Shown here piece after piece: positions 10,683 to 21,765 of a DNA stretch of 64,000 nt. Source of the stretch: a virus; IMG/VR virus record IMGVR_UViG_3300035698_018616; one strand, given 5' to 3'. The translations under genes were made by a program, and so were the position numbers. The notes under the pieces are model-generated. The model searched no databases. It was not told the DNA's origin and worked only from the letters and a program-made list of their open reading frames with translations. Every line of letters begins with the position of its first letter. The stretch's first letter is position 1.

Positions 10683-11270
10683 TTACAACCTCTTCATATA
10701 TATTACAACCTTTTCATCTTCTGGATGAACAACACCTCTATCATCAACATAATTAGACACTCCATTTATAACGGAATATGGCTCATCTGGTTTTCCTTCA
10801 TTTTTAGATTTATCGATTTTGAAGGAAAACTTTGTGTATAAATCATGTAAATCACCACTTATATTATTACCTTTCCTATAATAGCAAAGCAATCAAGTCT
10901 TTTAGCACCATTTGATACTGCTGATCTCATTAAGGCATTCGCAGAAGACTTTTGTGATGAAAATAATGATACAAGTTCATTACTATGTGCTATACAGTAT
11001 CCTGATGAATTGTTCTTACCAAGATAACACTGCATCTTCTTATATTCAGATACACTGTATATTGTCAATGTATCAAGACCTTTTGCATTATCCCCTCTTG
11101 ATATATCATTACCCCTTATTTTTGATACAGCTTGATGAAATACTCTGCCAGTTACCTGTTTGAAATTGTCCTCATCCTCTGGATTCAACCGTTGACCCCC
11201 TCATCAATTGCTTGGATGATAATTTTCCAATATCCTTAAAAGCTTCTAATATCTCATTAATTCTACGCAA
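10683..11270 (-). pseudogene. Doubly frameshifted gene, possibly GNAT-like
   Basis: Three consecutive reading segments joined by +1 (G5 run at 11196-11200) and -1 (~10880) shifts; joined motif NGAKRLDCF...GDLHDLYTKFSF. Confidence 0.45.
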
Positions 11271-11922
11271 TACTCCATTCATAATCTCTTATTTCCTCCA
11301 ATAATGTATCAATGATATTTTCGAGATCCTTAGTGTATATATTTCTATTTATCTCAATCATCATGGATTTCACATTATTGTTTTCATGATGTATAGATGG
11401 AATTATAGTACCTTCATATGGATAGTTGATATCAATGGTCAATCCATTCTTTTGGAAATGTTTCTCAGCCATTTCTATTAATATATCTGGGGTATGTGTC
11501 TCATTCATTCCTATACATACATGAGGGTCGGATGGATCATTGGGAGCAAATGTATGACAATCAATTATTATAACATATTCATAGTAACATAACTGTCTAT
11601 TAGTGGTTACGTTAAATTTTGTATGATAGTCACGATACATTTCCATTATATCTTCATCGGGTGTTATTCGCTTGATATCATTACCAAAGGTATCCTTTCT
11701 ATAAATTATACCCTGATCCTTTGCTTCCATTGGATCATTATGTTCTAATCTTTCTACATCACAAACGAACCTACTGAGAGGGAAACTGATAATATCACAT
11801 CCCCAATAATTGAACAATTCATTTACATAAGTGTCAGTAAGATTATCAAGATTATCTTGCTCGTTATCAAGCTCTATATGACCACCAAGCTCTCTTGATG
11901 AATGGGGTATATGTAGTATCAT
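11263..11922 (-). CDS. N-formylglutamate amidohydrolase-like protein
   Basis: ILHIPHSS, DTYVNELF, SRFVCDVER, IDCHTF, YPYEGT, MIEINR. Confidence 0.85.
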   Translation of the reverse strand: MILHIPHSSRELGGHIELDNEQDNLDNLTDTYVNELFNYWGCDIISFPLSRFVCDVERLEHNDPMEAKDQGIIYRKDTFGNDIKRITPDEDIMEMYRDYHTKFNVTTNRQLCYYEYVIIIDCHTFAPNDPSDPHVCIGMNETHTPDILIEMAEKHFQKNGLTIDINYPYEGTIIPSIHHENNNVKSMMIEINRNIYTKDLENIIDTLLEEIRDYEWSIA

Positions 11923-11936
11923 ATTTTACCTCCTTT

Positions 11937-14156
11937 CTATCCACACCTGCTATAACCACAATTACAGGAAGCACATCCTTCTATCATCATTATAGGCATT
12001 CCACACTCTGGACATTTTTCAGTATCCGATGAAAAACCATTGTACTTGTTATCACTATAATACCTGTCTAACAACTGTGCTAATCCGTCTGGTATGCTTA
12101 GTATTTGAGTAGGTTTGAGGTCAGTTTCATCTAATCTCGACCATACGGGCTTATCACTATTTATGCCTATAAGTGTTTTGACTATATTTTTTACAGATAC
12201 CCCACCTTGTAATGCTATAGATACTACCCTTCCCACAGCCTCAGATAAAGTATTCATTACTTGTCCTGACTTACCAATTTGAAGGAAAAGCTCCACAGGT
12301 TTTCCATTTGAAGAGCTTACTGTGGTGTATAGTGTTCCATTGCCTGTATCAATCTTAAATACATCAGCAGATAGCTTAGCCGGTCTAACAAATTCTTCAT
12401 GCTCATTCGTTGTGGGGGAGAATGTAACTGGTTGATTCTTCTTACTTCCATCCCTATATACGGTAATACCCTTTAATCCCTTCTCGTAAGCATATTTATA
12501 TAATTCTGAAATGTCCTCCTTAGTAGTTGATTCAGGGAGATTTATAGTACTACTTATTGCTGTACTACAATACTTTTGTAATGCTGATTGAACATCTATC
12601 CTATCCTTTGGTTTTATATCATGTGCCGTTACAAACACTTCTCTTACTTCTTTAGGTATACCTCTAATACCTTTTAGAGAACCACCATTATTGAATATTT
12701 TTTCAAGCAAATCATCAGTGTACCATGGTTCATTTTGAAATCTCTCCTCAAATACCTTGTTAACAAACATCATAGTGGAACCGTCAATGAGATTTTTTTG
12801 AAATACTAAACCAAAACAAGGTTCTATGCCATATGAAGCATCACAGGAAATTGCAGTTGTTCCAGTAGGTGCGCATGTAGTGTGTTGAGAATTTCTAACA
12901 CCAAACTTTTTAACTTTTCTCATTATTAATTCATCGTCATCACAAAAGGTTGATAGTATTTCTTCTACATCTTCTTTAAAATCATTATAATTGTGAAATG
13001 GTTCTTTTTCATCTGCCAGTTCAGCACTTTTATCAATAGAAGCACTTGTTATTGTTTTCATAATTTTGGATGCAAATTCTTTACCTTTAAGACTATCATA
13101 CTTAATATCAAGAGTGAACATAGCATCGGCTAAACCCATTATACCTATACCTATTTGTCTATACTTTTTAGATACATCTTCAAATCTTTCATCAGGATAA
13201 TCCATTACATCAATAGAATTATCCATTAGTACTGTTATATCCCTTGATACATTATATAGATCCGTCCAATGCATTTTATTAGATACTGTAAACTTATTTA
13301 CATCAATAGCTGATAGGTTACAACATCCGAAAGGGATTAAAGGCTCCTCACCGCAGGGATTAGTACATTCAATAAGGAACTTACTTTTCAAAGTATTGAA
13401 TTTATTTATAATATCTATGAACATCATTCCTGGGTCAGCGGATTTCCAGCTCATATAAGCAAGTCTATCCCACAATTCTTCTGCATTTATTTCACTTACT
13501 TTAATACCATTAGACGGTGAATGTAATGGAAATGATATACTGTCATCTAATGCTTCCATAAATTTATCAGTAATTGCAACTGATATATTCATATTGGACA
13601 ACCTACCATCCTCTTCTTTACAGTTTATAAACTCCATTATATCAGGATGCCATACAGGCATATTACAAAGTATAGCGGCTCTTCTTACTCTACCACCAGA
13701 CTTAGTTGTTTCACCTACAGCATCGTAAAGACGCATAAATGTTATAGGTCCCGAACTTTTACCTTCAGGTGGTTTTTCTTTTTCACCTTCATATATATAA
13801 GCATTTCTTTCTCTAAGGTTACCTATGGGAATACCTATTCCTGACCCAAATTGAAATACCTTTCGCGACACATTTACAGTATTATAGATACTCTCCATAC
13901 TATCTTCCAATGATACAACATAACACGCGCTGAATACTTTATGTTTTGTTCCTGCATTTAAGAAAACTGGGGTATTCGGTCGCCATACATTGTTGGCTAA
14001 TAAACCATAGGCTATTTCTTCTTCCTCTTTATTTGTGGCGAACTCTTTTGCTACCCTTCTAAATGTATCCTTCATTGTCTCATTTTGAAATGAATACAAA
14101 TTATTAAAAATTCGTATTGCATTATCACTTAGTCCAAATTCGTTTTCATCATTCAC
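11937..14156 (-). CDS. nrdJ: Class II (B12-dependent) ribonucleotide reductase with C-terminal TSCPD domain
   Basis: PNTPVFLNAG, SACYV, TNPCGEEPL, CNL, TTCAPTGT, KGITVYRDGS; CPECG...CASCNCGYSRC tail; no nrdB nearby. Confidence 0.92.
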   Translation of the reverse strand: MNDENEFGLSDNAIRIFNNLYSFQNETMKDTFRRVAKEFATNKEEEEIAYGLLANNVWRPNTPVFLNAGTKHKVFSACYVVSLEDSMESIYNTVNVSRKVFQFGSGIGIPIGNLRERNAYIYEGEKEKPPEGKSSGPITFMRLYDAVGETTKSGGRVRRAAILCNMPVWHPDIMEFINCKEEDGRLSNMNISVAITDKFMEALDDSISFPLHSPSNGIKVSEINAEELWDRLAYMSWKSADPGMMFIDIINKFNTLKSKFLIECTNPCGEEPLIPFGCCNLSAIDVNKFTVSNKMHWTDLYNVSRDITVLMDNSIDVMDYPDERFEDVSKKYRQIGIGIMGLADAMFTLDIKYDSLKGKEFASKIMKTITSASIDKSAELADEKEPFHNYNDFKEDVEEILSTFCDDDELIMRKVKKFGVRNSQHTTCAPTGTTAISCDASYGIEPCFGLVFQKNLIDGSTMMFVNKVFEERFQNEPWYTDDLLEKIFNNGGSLKGIRGIPKEVREVFVTAHDIKPKDRIDVQSALQKYCSTAISSTINLPESTTKEDISELYKYAYEKGLKGITVYRDGSKKNQPVTFSPTTNEHEEFVRPAKLSADVFKIDTGNGTLYTTVSSSNGKPVELFLQIGKSGQVMNTLSEAVGRVVSIALQGGVSVKNIVKTLIGINSDKPVWSRLDETDLKPTQILSIPDGLAQLLDRYYSDNKYNGFSSDTEKCPECGMPIMMIEGCASCNCGYSRCG

Positions 14157-14382
14157 TTATGTTCTCATCCCCCTATCAAAATATTCTTCTATTGATTCAT
14201 CCATATCTTCTGCACTCTTTGCTGCGTTCAATAGTTTATAAGCTAAAGCCTTTGCTTCTTTGGATGTCAAGTCATACCATTCAAAGGAATCACCATTCCT
14301 TTCTTGATATAATAAAACATCAGGTCCCTCACCCCATGTACAAACAGCTTTCCAACTATATGGTTTCTCTTTCATTATTAAC
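14157..14382 (-). CDS. Hypothetical protein
   Basis: MKEKPYSW...; overlaps the HNH stop. Confidence 0.55.
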
Positions 14383-15376
14383 ATACCTCTATTTTTAATT
14401 GTCCATACCTGCATCCATCCTTTTGATGAACTAACTTATGGCAAGTATAACATAAAATTATGCAATTGTCAATATCAGCAGACTCTAATGGATTGGTACT
14501 TACTGGATAGATATGGTGGCAATGAAGATTATTTTTAGAACCACACTTAACACATTTATATCCGTCCCTTTCAAGTACTAACTTTCGGAGTTCTGGTTGA
14601 ACTTCTCTATCAAGTTTCAACCAACCTAATCTACCGGCACGAATAGCATCTTCTTTCATAAGTATTTCAGGTGCCTTACCATATACAGAACAAGAATGCT
14701 TGCATTTATCTGAACAATAAAAATTATGTTCACCTCTTACATTTTTGCTACCTTTTAATGATTGTATTCTACTATTAATAATTTTTAAACCTGGTATAAA
14801 CCATTCATTACACTTAAAACACCTTACCTCCAATAAATCTATATTTTTCATATTCCTTCTAACTTCTTCACACCATTCTAATTGAGGAGCATAAGTATCA
14901 AAGGTAGGTAAGTTATTTTTACAATAAAATTTTGCATTTTTAAGAATTGTTTTCCTACCTTTTCTTAATGATTCTAACCTTTCATCAGATTCGTTATAAC
15001 AAATAGGGCATCTTTGTCCTTGCTGAAAACTATTCCATATCATATTAAATATATGACCTTTAAAACATTTAAATTCCAATTTTGTAACATTATTTATATA
15101 ATTTAAGGAAAGGCATTCATATTGTCCTTTGGTCATTCTTTTAACTTCCTCTTTAATATATAAAAGACCTAATTTTGACCTATTGGAGGCATTTATACCT
15201 TTACAAATAGGACATCTAACCCCTTGTTGGAAATCATTCCAACTAACCTTGTATTTATGACTTTTTGGACATTTTAATTTTATTTTATTATGTGAATCAA
15301 TATATGATTTACTTAATAATTTATACCCTTCTTTCTCTATTTGCCCCTTTACATAATCATATGTCAATTTCTTCAT
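14378..15376 (-). CDS. HNH homing endonuclease with N-terminal Zn-ribbon repeats
   Basis: Repeated KCPKSH/KCFKGH...W..FQQG.RCPIC units; C-terminal HNH nearly identical to 9091..9891. Confidence 0.9.
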   Translation of the reverse strand: MKKLTYDYVKGQIEKEGYKLLSKSYIDSHNKIKLKCPKSHKYKVSWNDFQQGVRCPICKGINASNRSKLGLLYIKEEVKRMTKGQYECLSLNYINNVTKLEFKCFKGHIFNMIWNSFQQGQRCPICYNESDERLESLRKGRKTILKNAKFYCKNNLPTFDTYAPQLEWCEEVRRNMKNIDLLEVRCFKCNEWFIPGLKIINSRIQSLKGSKNVRGEHNFYCSDKCKHSCSVYGKAPEILMKEDAIRAGRLGWLKLDREVQPELRKLVLERDGYKCVKCGSKNNLHCHHIYPVSTNPLESADIDNCIILCYTCHKLVHQKDGCRYGQLKIEVC

Positions 15377-15379
15377 AAT

Positions 15380-16153
15380 TTATTTTCCTAAGCGATCACG
15401 AACTACATCTAACTGAAAATCATAGCAATGCAATTTTAATGAGGAAAAGGCTAATATACCCACTTTTACTCCTAATTCATTAGCCATATATTCTTGTAGC
15501 ATTACAATTCCTCCTATATTAACAGGGAAAGCTCCCCATAGGTCCCAGGAACGGAAATAGATATGAAAATTAAGATAGTATTCATCTTTATCTTTAACAA
15601 TATGTGTATCAATTCCACGTAAGCACGGACTTGTTCCTCGTTCTGTCTCCTCCTTGTAAGGTATATCATATGCCATGTTGCTCTCAGGATAACCCACCTG
15701 AATATAGCAATGATTATTACCAAATCCTTTCTCTTTATAGTGATCGATACACCATTGAATTTGATTAGGAACTACGACCCACTGTCCATCTCCTCTTTCA
15801 CCTTCTTCATTAACCATCCTCAAAGATGGTACCTTATAACCACCACCTGTAATCCATGTTGCGTATTTATAATGCTCTCCAAGGGAAAGACTACCATCCA
15901 TAAGATAATTGACGAAGTAATTCTCAATGTCAACATCAGTAGTTACAGGTGGTATACCTTCAGGTAAAATAGGTGATAAAGGTCTTGTAGTTGGATATTG
16001 TATAACACCGGAAACATAATTAAATTCAAGCCTTTTGGAACCTTGATAACTTCCTGAATCTATCTTATTTATATTTCCAAATTGATTTATTTTTTCCAAT
16101 AAACTATACCAGGTGGAATCTATCGTTTTTTCTTCTACAAATACTGCTTTCAT
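15380..16153 (-). CDS. thyA: Thymidylate synthase (short ThyA type)
   Basis: SPCLR catalytic Cys, FRSWDLWGAFPVN (Asn = dUMP specificity), LHCY. Confidence 0.85.
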   Translation of the reverse strand: MKAVFVEEKTIDSTWYSLLEKINQFGNINKIDSGSYQGSKRLEFNYVSGVIQYPTTRPLSPILPEGIPPVTTDVDIENYFVNYLMDGSLSLGEHYKYATWITGGGYKVPSLRMVNEEGERGDGQWVVVPNQIQWCIDHYKEKGFGNNHCYIQVGYPESNMAYDIPYKEETERGTSPCLRGIDTHIVKDKDEYYLNFHIYFRSWDLWGAFPVNIGGIVMLQEYMANELGVKVGILAFSSLKLHCYDFQLDVVRDRLGK

Positions 16154-18249
16154 ACTACCTCCTTCTCCCATTTATCTAAAATTTTATTTAAACTTCTCTC
16201 TGATATAAATTTAAACCATTCGACCCCATATTCATTATAATTCTGTAACTCCTTTTCTAAATCTTCAAAAATGGCCTTAATAATCTTTTGTATTAAATCA
16301 TTTCTATAACGATATGATAATACTTCCTTAATTAAAAGAGGGCCTTTTATAACCAAATCATTAAGTATATCTTCAGGGTCGTCAATACAAGAAGATTCTA
16401 AAATTTCCAGTAACTCTTCAAGCTTTTTAATTGTATAGTGTTCCTTCATCCTATTTCTTTCCCTTTCCCTTTCTATACGATATGCAGCAGTATCTCTCGC
16501 TGCGATAATTCTCACCTTAGTAATTGGTCCATCCTCAAATTCCTTCATCCTATTTCCTTCTCCCAGTAATCAGATTTATATTTTCTGATAATTTCTTTAG
16601 TGCCTTCTTTAATATCTCTTAAAGAGTATAGAGTGTTACAATCGATACATCTATATTCTTCTATATCAACCTCATCATACATCAATTCATCAGAAAAATT
16701 GACCTCTTGAAAGGTTACACCAAATTGATTAATCTTTATGAAATGCTTACCACCACAATTTTTACATATAAAGAACTTGTAATATATACTCATGTCATTC
16801 CTCCCATCCTATAGATTTTGATATTGACGGTGTAGAACCTCCAAGTTCATTAAATCTTTTCTCAAATATCTTAAAAAATGGTTTAGTTGAATCGAACCAT
16901 GGATGCCCCGCTGGAGTAAACCTCCACAGACGGGCCATTTCCGTTTGGGGTATCTTATTTATTTCTTCTACTTCCTCCTTTTCAAACATACTCATATTGG
17001 CATTACCTCCTTTACACCATTCTCATATTTTTCAATTATATAGTTTGAATTGCCTATAAGTTCTGAAGGTATAAATTTAAACCCATTTATAGCTTCATCT
17101 AAGTTACTAAATATACGACAACCATTGTAACCATAGGGTAATTGCCATTCTCTTTCAAATTTATCTCTTTTAGCTTGATCTATAATGATATAACGAGGTT
17201 CCATGATTTTATTCCCCCTCCTTTTCTGAACATTTTACATAGTTAGCTACCTTTACTTCTGTCATCATTACCTTTCTCCATTGATCACTTACATAATTTT
17301 TTCTACCTATATAACAGGCATCTAAAAACACATAACCATCCCAGTAAGGACACCCCTTTACCTGGCACGCTAAAGGATAAAGATAACCTAATGGACAATT
17401 CTCCAATTCATACATACCTTTAGGCTTGATAATATTAACTTTTCCCATAATTATACCCTTTCGTATATAGTAACTACTGTTTTAACGGGTTTTACTTCTG
17501 AACATTCTATCTCATCGTCATCATATTCATATGGTTGTTGGTCTTGCATTTCTGTTGCACCACTTTCATAAAATGTTTCAAACAATCCCCCATCTTCAGT
17601 TTTAAAAATCATCCTATAATTGACTGTCCATCTACTTATTTCAATGATTTTATTTTCTATAATCTCCCCTACATCATCATACAATACCTCTTTTAAGTAA
17701 TCTTTAGCAAATTTCATATCTTAAACCCCTCCTTCTTCAATTCATCCATGTTTTCATAAAGCCCTACAATCCATTCTTCCATAATTTTTTGTTGGTCTTG
17801 ACGCTTTCCACAAGAAGGACATTTTTGACCACCATCTAATAAATCCTCTCTTGGGGTGGGTTTAGGTAATCCTTCGTCACAATTCCAACAATAATGATAA
17901 TATCCCATTATTAATCCTCTTCTATTATAAACCCAGCCTGTTTTTTAAAGGGTTCTAAAATAACAGCAATATCCTTCATTTCCCATAAGGTCATTGAACC
18001 CCTTTTCTTATAGCTGGAGCAGTGGATTATGGGATCTAAACTGCTTAAAGACACTTCAAGTTCAAAACATCTGGCATGAATTTTTCCGTATTCTGTAATT
18101 GCTGCCTTTAAATGCTGACAATCATAGCATACACCAAACTTATCTTTAGAAAATTTACTTGGTGGGTCTTCAGTATTGGCACCTATACTTCTAGCTCCAA
18201 TATCAACTTCCTTATCCATCAATTCTCTTAATTCATTTTTTTTAAACAC
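16150..18249 (-). other. Run of ~8 small co-oriented hypothetical ORFs (several Cys/Zn-finger)
   Basis: Tightly packed ORFs with overlapping stop/start codons and RBSs. Confidence 0.7.
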
Positions 18250-18267
18250 TTAGGATATCCTTTAGTT

Positions 18268-19155
18268 TCAATACAATTCCATTAGTTTTCGTTCCACATT
18301 AGTAAAGTCATCCAAGAAACTTCTGAATCTATTCATTTTAAAGAACTTATAGATGTTTTCTGGTTCTGGTAATACATATTCCTCGTATGCTTTCCTTATA
18401 CTATTTTTGATGACATTTGGTATATAATTGAAATCCATTAGAACCCTATTCCTCTTAAAGTTCTCCTCCCATCCATTTTCCTTTAACCATTTTTCCCATC
18501 CATATATCATAGTTTTTTTCAAAGCAGCTGGACCATAACCAGGCTTTCTCTTATCTTCAGTTTCTTTTGTTTGACCCCAATCAGATGGAGTTATAACATT
18601 GAATATATCATCCTTTTTCTGTCCTAAAAGACTTTTGCTTATGATAAACTTTTCAGTATCCTCACAGTCTACATACTTTTGTTTAGAAGGATTGTAAAGT
18701 TTCACACCTTCAGAGCATAACTGTAGGAAGTCCTCATCATTGGAAATTATATATCTATCATTTTCTATAATATCCATACAAAGGACGGCTATAACGTCAT
18801 CCGCTTCTGATCTTGATAATTGTATTGTTTTGAATGGTAGGTATTCCCTAAGTTCGATAGAATAATCGTTTAAGGTTTTGAATAGTTGGTTCCAGTCAAC
18901 ATCCGATTGCTTATCTCTTTGTTTCTTTCTAGACTCCTTATACCTTGAAAAATATAAGGATCGCCAACTTTTTCTGTCATCTACTGCTAATATAACTTCG
19001 GTGGGATTTTCAACTTTATATAATGATTCGTATATAGAATTAATCATCATATACTTCCATAGTTGAAAATCTGGTTGTGGGGTTGTGATTCCAACATCCT
19101 TTGAAAAATAATTTCGGAACGCTAAATTATGAAAATCAAACAATATTGTAGACAT
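18268..19155 (-). CDS. rnh: T4 RNase H-like 5'-3' exonuclease
   Basis: ILFDFHNL, LAVDD..SWR..YF..YK..RK, EADDVIA, ISNDEDFLQL, GQKKDDIFN. Confidence 0.9.
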   Translation of the reverse strand: MSTILFDFHNLAFRNYFSKDVGITTPQPDFQLWKYMMINSIYESLYKVENPTEVILAVDDRKSWRSLYFSRYKESRKKQRDKQSDVDWNQLFKTLNDYSIELREYLPFKTIQLSRSEADDVIAVLCMDIIENDRYIISNDEDFLQLCSEGVKLYNPSKQKYVDCEDTEKFIISKSLLGQKKDDIFNVITPSDWGQTKETEDKRKPGYGPAALKKTMIYGWEKWLKENGWEENFKRNRVLMDFNYIPNVIKNSIRKAYEEYVLPEPENIYKFFKMNRFRSFLDDFTNVERKLMELY

Positions 19156-19185
19156 TTTAGATATCTCCTTTCTTTAGATACCTGT

Positions 19186-19214
19186 ATTATAACTTATTTA
19201 TGGTAAATTGTAAA
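19186..19214 (-). promoter_or_regulatory. Sigma70-type promoter (TTTACA-17-TATAAT)
   Basis: Consensus match upstream of rnh. Confidence 0.8.
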
Positions 19215-19235
19215 CATTATCCTATTCATCAAACA

Positions 19236-20184
19236 TTATCTGACTTTCCTCGTCCACATTTCCCCATTTTCCGGATTTTCGTAAGATAGCCAAAATGGTT
19301 GGTTGTTTTTAGATTGGCTCATAAATGCTTGTCCTGCTGTACCACTCTTTAAACGCAACCTCTTACGGCCATGCGTCATATTTTGATAAAAAGAATGTTT
19401 ATCAACATTAAATACCGGCAATCCACCCTTTTCACCATCAGCAAACACACCATCCAAACTGGTCTTTACTTTACCTGGTTCCCCTGTTATTGCTACATCT
19501 GCTTGTGCTTGTGCTTGATGAACATCTATATTATCTACTCCACTTATTTCACCCATTCTTGTTATTCCTCCTCATCTTTATATTCCTCCGTTAGTATTCC
19601 TCTTTCTTCTTCTGTTATATCATCCTTCATTAGTAATTTGTTAATGGCCCTTTTCAATATATTATCTTTCTTAGCTGATTTTTCCTTATCCTTCTTTGAC
19701 GGCCAAATCTGTATAACTGCCGATTGGTTCTGGTCATATTCGAATACCTTCTTTATACGTTTATAGTATACTCTCAAGTTAGCATTCAGATTCAAATAGT
19801 AGTTCAATGATACTGACTTCATACCTTTACCGGTTAGTTTATCAGCATATTTGTTGAAGTCCTTATTCAATGGTATAACTTCATCCGGGTGAAGCATTTT
19901 GTCCAATAAAAAACAAACAACTATATCAGCATATTCCCCTGGTGTGACATTAATCTTAGACATTATCCTAATCCAATATCATTTAAACACTTTTTTAAAT
20001 TTAATTTTAATCTACCAATGGTTTTTAAATCATTACTTTCTAAATCTTTTAAATTTCTTTTCATAGATTCAGCAAAACCCATTGCAAGTTTTGAATATCT
20101 TATAATTTCTTTTAATTGTGTGTGTGTTAAACCTTTACCCATTTTTTCATTCAAGTGTTTATCAATTTTTTCATCAATTTTCAT
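19236..20184 (-). other. Three hypothetical ORFs (19236-19556, 19562-19963, 19963-20184)
   Basis: Co-oriented, abutting ORFs; the last has MKIDEKIDKHLNE N-terminus. Confidence 0.6.
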
Positions 20185-20186
20185 CT

Positions 20187-20708
20187 TTATGTTCCCTCCA
20201 TTATTTCCTTTGGTGTGACTATATTAAAAAATTCCTTCATATTATAAAAAACTAAAGGTGGTAAACCCTTCTCCTTTTTGAATATTAATCGTATGCTGGG
20301 TAAATCTAAACCTTTCCAATAACGGTCCAAACCAATAATAGGGTTGTTACCTTTCTTTCTATATATAAGCATAGGAAGTTTATTAGCTTTCTTAGCATCA
20401 CCAATGCATTGTCTCCAAAACAATTCAAGATTGAAACCTTTGATACCTTTAAAGTGTTGCCAGAAGGAAGTATGAGGGTATCCATTTTTACATTCCACAC
20501 TATAAAATTGTGTTAAAGCTTCTTCACCTTCCGGTGTTAATGCTCTTATATCACCAGAAAGATCTGCATTTTCTTCACTTATAGTTGCCAATCCCCCGGA
20601 TGCAGGCATTCTCCAATACTGGTAAGGTTTCTCCTTTCCTGTTAGCCATACACTCAAAAACTTACAGACATCACGCTCCCAGGCTGAACCTTTAGATTTA
20701 CTACTCAT
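20187..20708 (-). CDS. Holliday junction resolvase-like PD-(D/E)xK nuclease
   Basis: SKSKGSAWERDVCK...SGDI...SVECKNG. Confidence 0.8.
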   Translation of the reverse strand: MSSKSKGSAWERDVCKFLSVWLTGKEKPYQYWRMPASGGLATISEENADLSGDIRALTPEGEEALTQFYSVECKNGYPHTSFWQHFKGIKGFNLELFWRQCIGDAKKANKLPMLIYRKKGNNPIIGLDRYWKGLDLPSIRLIFKKEKGLPPLVFYNMKEFFNIVTPKEIMEGT

Positions 20709-20709
20709 A

Positions 20710-21765
20710 TCAATTTATCCTGAGCCATTCGGGTTTTCTACCACCCATACGCCCATACGCCCATACATGTGTTTTTTCTTCTAATCGTATTTTATTAAAA
20801 ACAAACTTCTTGTTTTTGTGTGAACCTTTTAATAGTCTTGAAAAGAAGTCCATTATAATTTTCTTATTTAAACTAATATTATTACTATTTGTTGATTTTA
20901 AAAATTTTGATGTTATACTATTATTCACAGGGTCTATTTCTACAAAAGCCTTACTATCTTTATATAATATACCTTCCTGTTTAAAATATTTACCTAACTC
21001 AACAGCTTCCTTTTTAGTTATTGATGCTATAAATAACAATTTTTCATTTACAAACCCCCCATCTTCTCTATATCCACCTTTCATTTCAATAAAACCATAT
21101 CCAATTTCTCTTACCATTTTTTTCAATTCAACATGATTTTTTTCATTTTCTTTATTACTATAAGTTCCTTTATAAGCAGATATAACGGCAAATGGCTTTT
21201 TCTCCTCTTCCACAAACTGCCATATCCTACTCAATGAAGATTCTGATAAATCCTCTATCCTCTTTTCTATCAACATTTCCCTTTTGTGTGTAACAGATTC
21301 ATTATATAGAACATCATTTGATATCTTATCTACTGTGAGTTTTCCATGATAAGTATAAAATTTTGAAAGTGTGTCTATTTTTACAGGCATAAACTTATCA
21401 TCCTCTCGGAATCCCTGTGTACCTTTAAGTATTCTATTCGCCCAATCATGTAAGTAATCTTTGGTCTTATTATTTAGTTTTGATAATTGTACTGACCAAA
21501 ACTTATTAGGGTATCTCCTTATACGAATCCACCCACTTTTCATAAGTTTTTTTATGATTACTCTTCTAGCACTACCTTCTTGCCCGATTTTTTCGTCATA
21601 TTTATCATAAACACCTTCTATATATTCCTTGGTCAGTCCAAACTTTTTAGGATACTTAATAATCGTATCTATGTGGGTTCCCTTTGTAGTTATAAGTTCC
21701 CCTCTCGGTGAAATAAAAAAGGCACCCTTGATTGTTGCTTCTGTTATATAGTCTTTGAAATTCAT
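20710..21765 (-). CDS. Hypothetical protein with DUF3293-like domain; capsid-targeting-like N-terminus
   Basis: MNFKDYITE; FAVISAYK...NHVELKKMVREIGYGFIEMKGGYRE...EKLLFI...FKQEGILY. Confidence 0.5.
   Translation of the reverse strand: MNFKDYITEATIKGAFFISPRGELITTKGTHIDTIIKYPKKFGLTKEYIEGVYDKYDEKIGQEGSARRVIIKKLMKSGWIRIRRYPNKFWSVQLSKLNNKTKDYLHDWANRILKGTQGFREDDKFMPVKIDTLSKFYTYHGKLTVDKISNDVLYNESVTHKREMLIEKRIEDLSESSLSRIWQFVEEEKKPFAVISAYKGTYSNKENEKNHVELKKMVREIGYGFIEMKGGYREDGGFVNEKLLFIASITKKEAVELGKYFKQEGILYKDSKAFVEIDPVNNSITSKFLKSTNSNNISLNKKIIMDFFSRLLKGSHKNKKFVFNKIRLEEKTHVWAYGRMGGRKPEWLRIN

Noticed and set aside
11937-16153. Group I introns or inteins in nrdJ/thyA
   Set aside because: Both ORFs are contiguous and of normal length; the adjacent HNH genes are free-standing.
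15380-16153. dCMP hydroxymethylase (hypermodified DNA)
   Set aside because: The specificity residue is Asn (FPVN), typical of dUMP-using thymidylate synthase.
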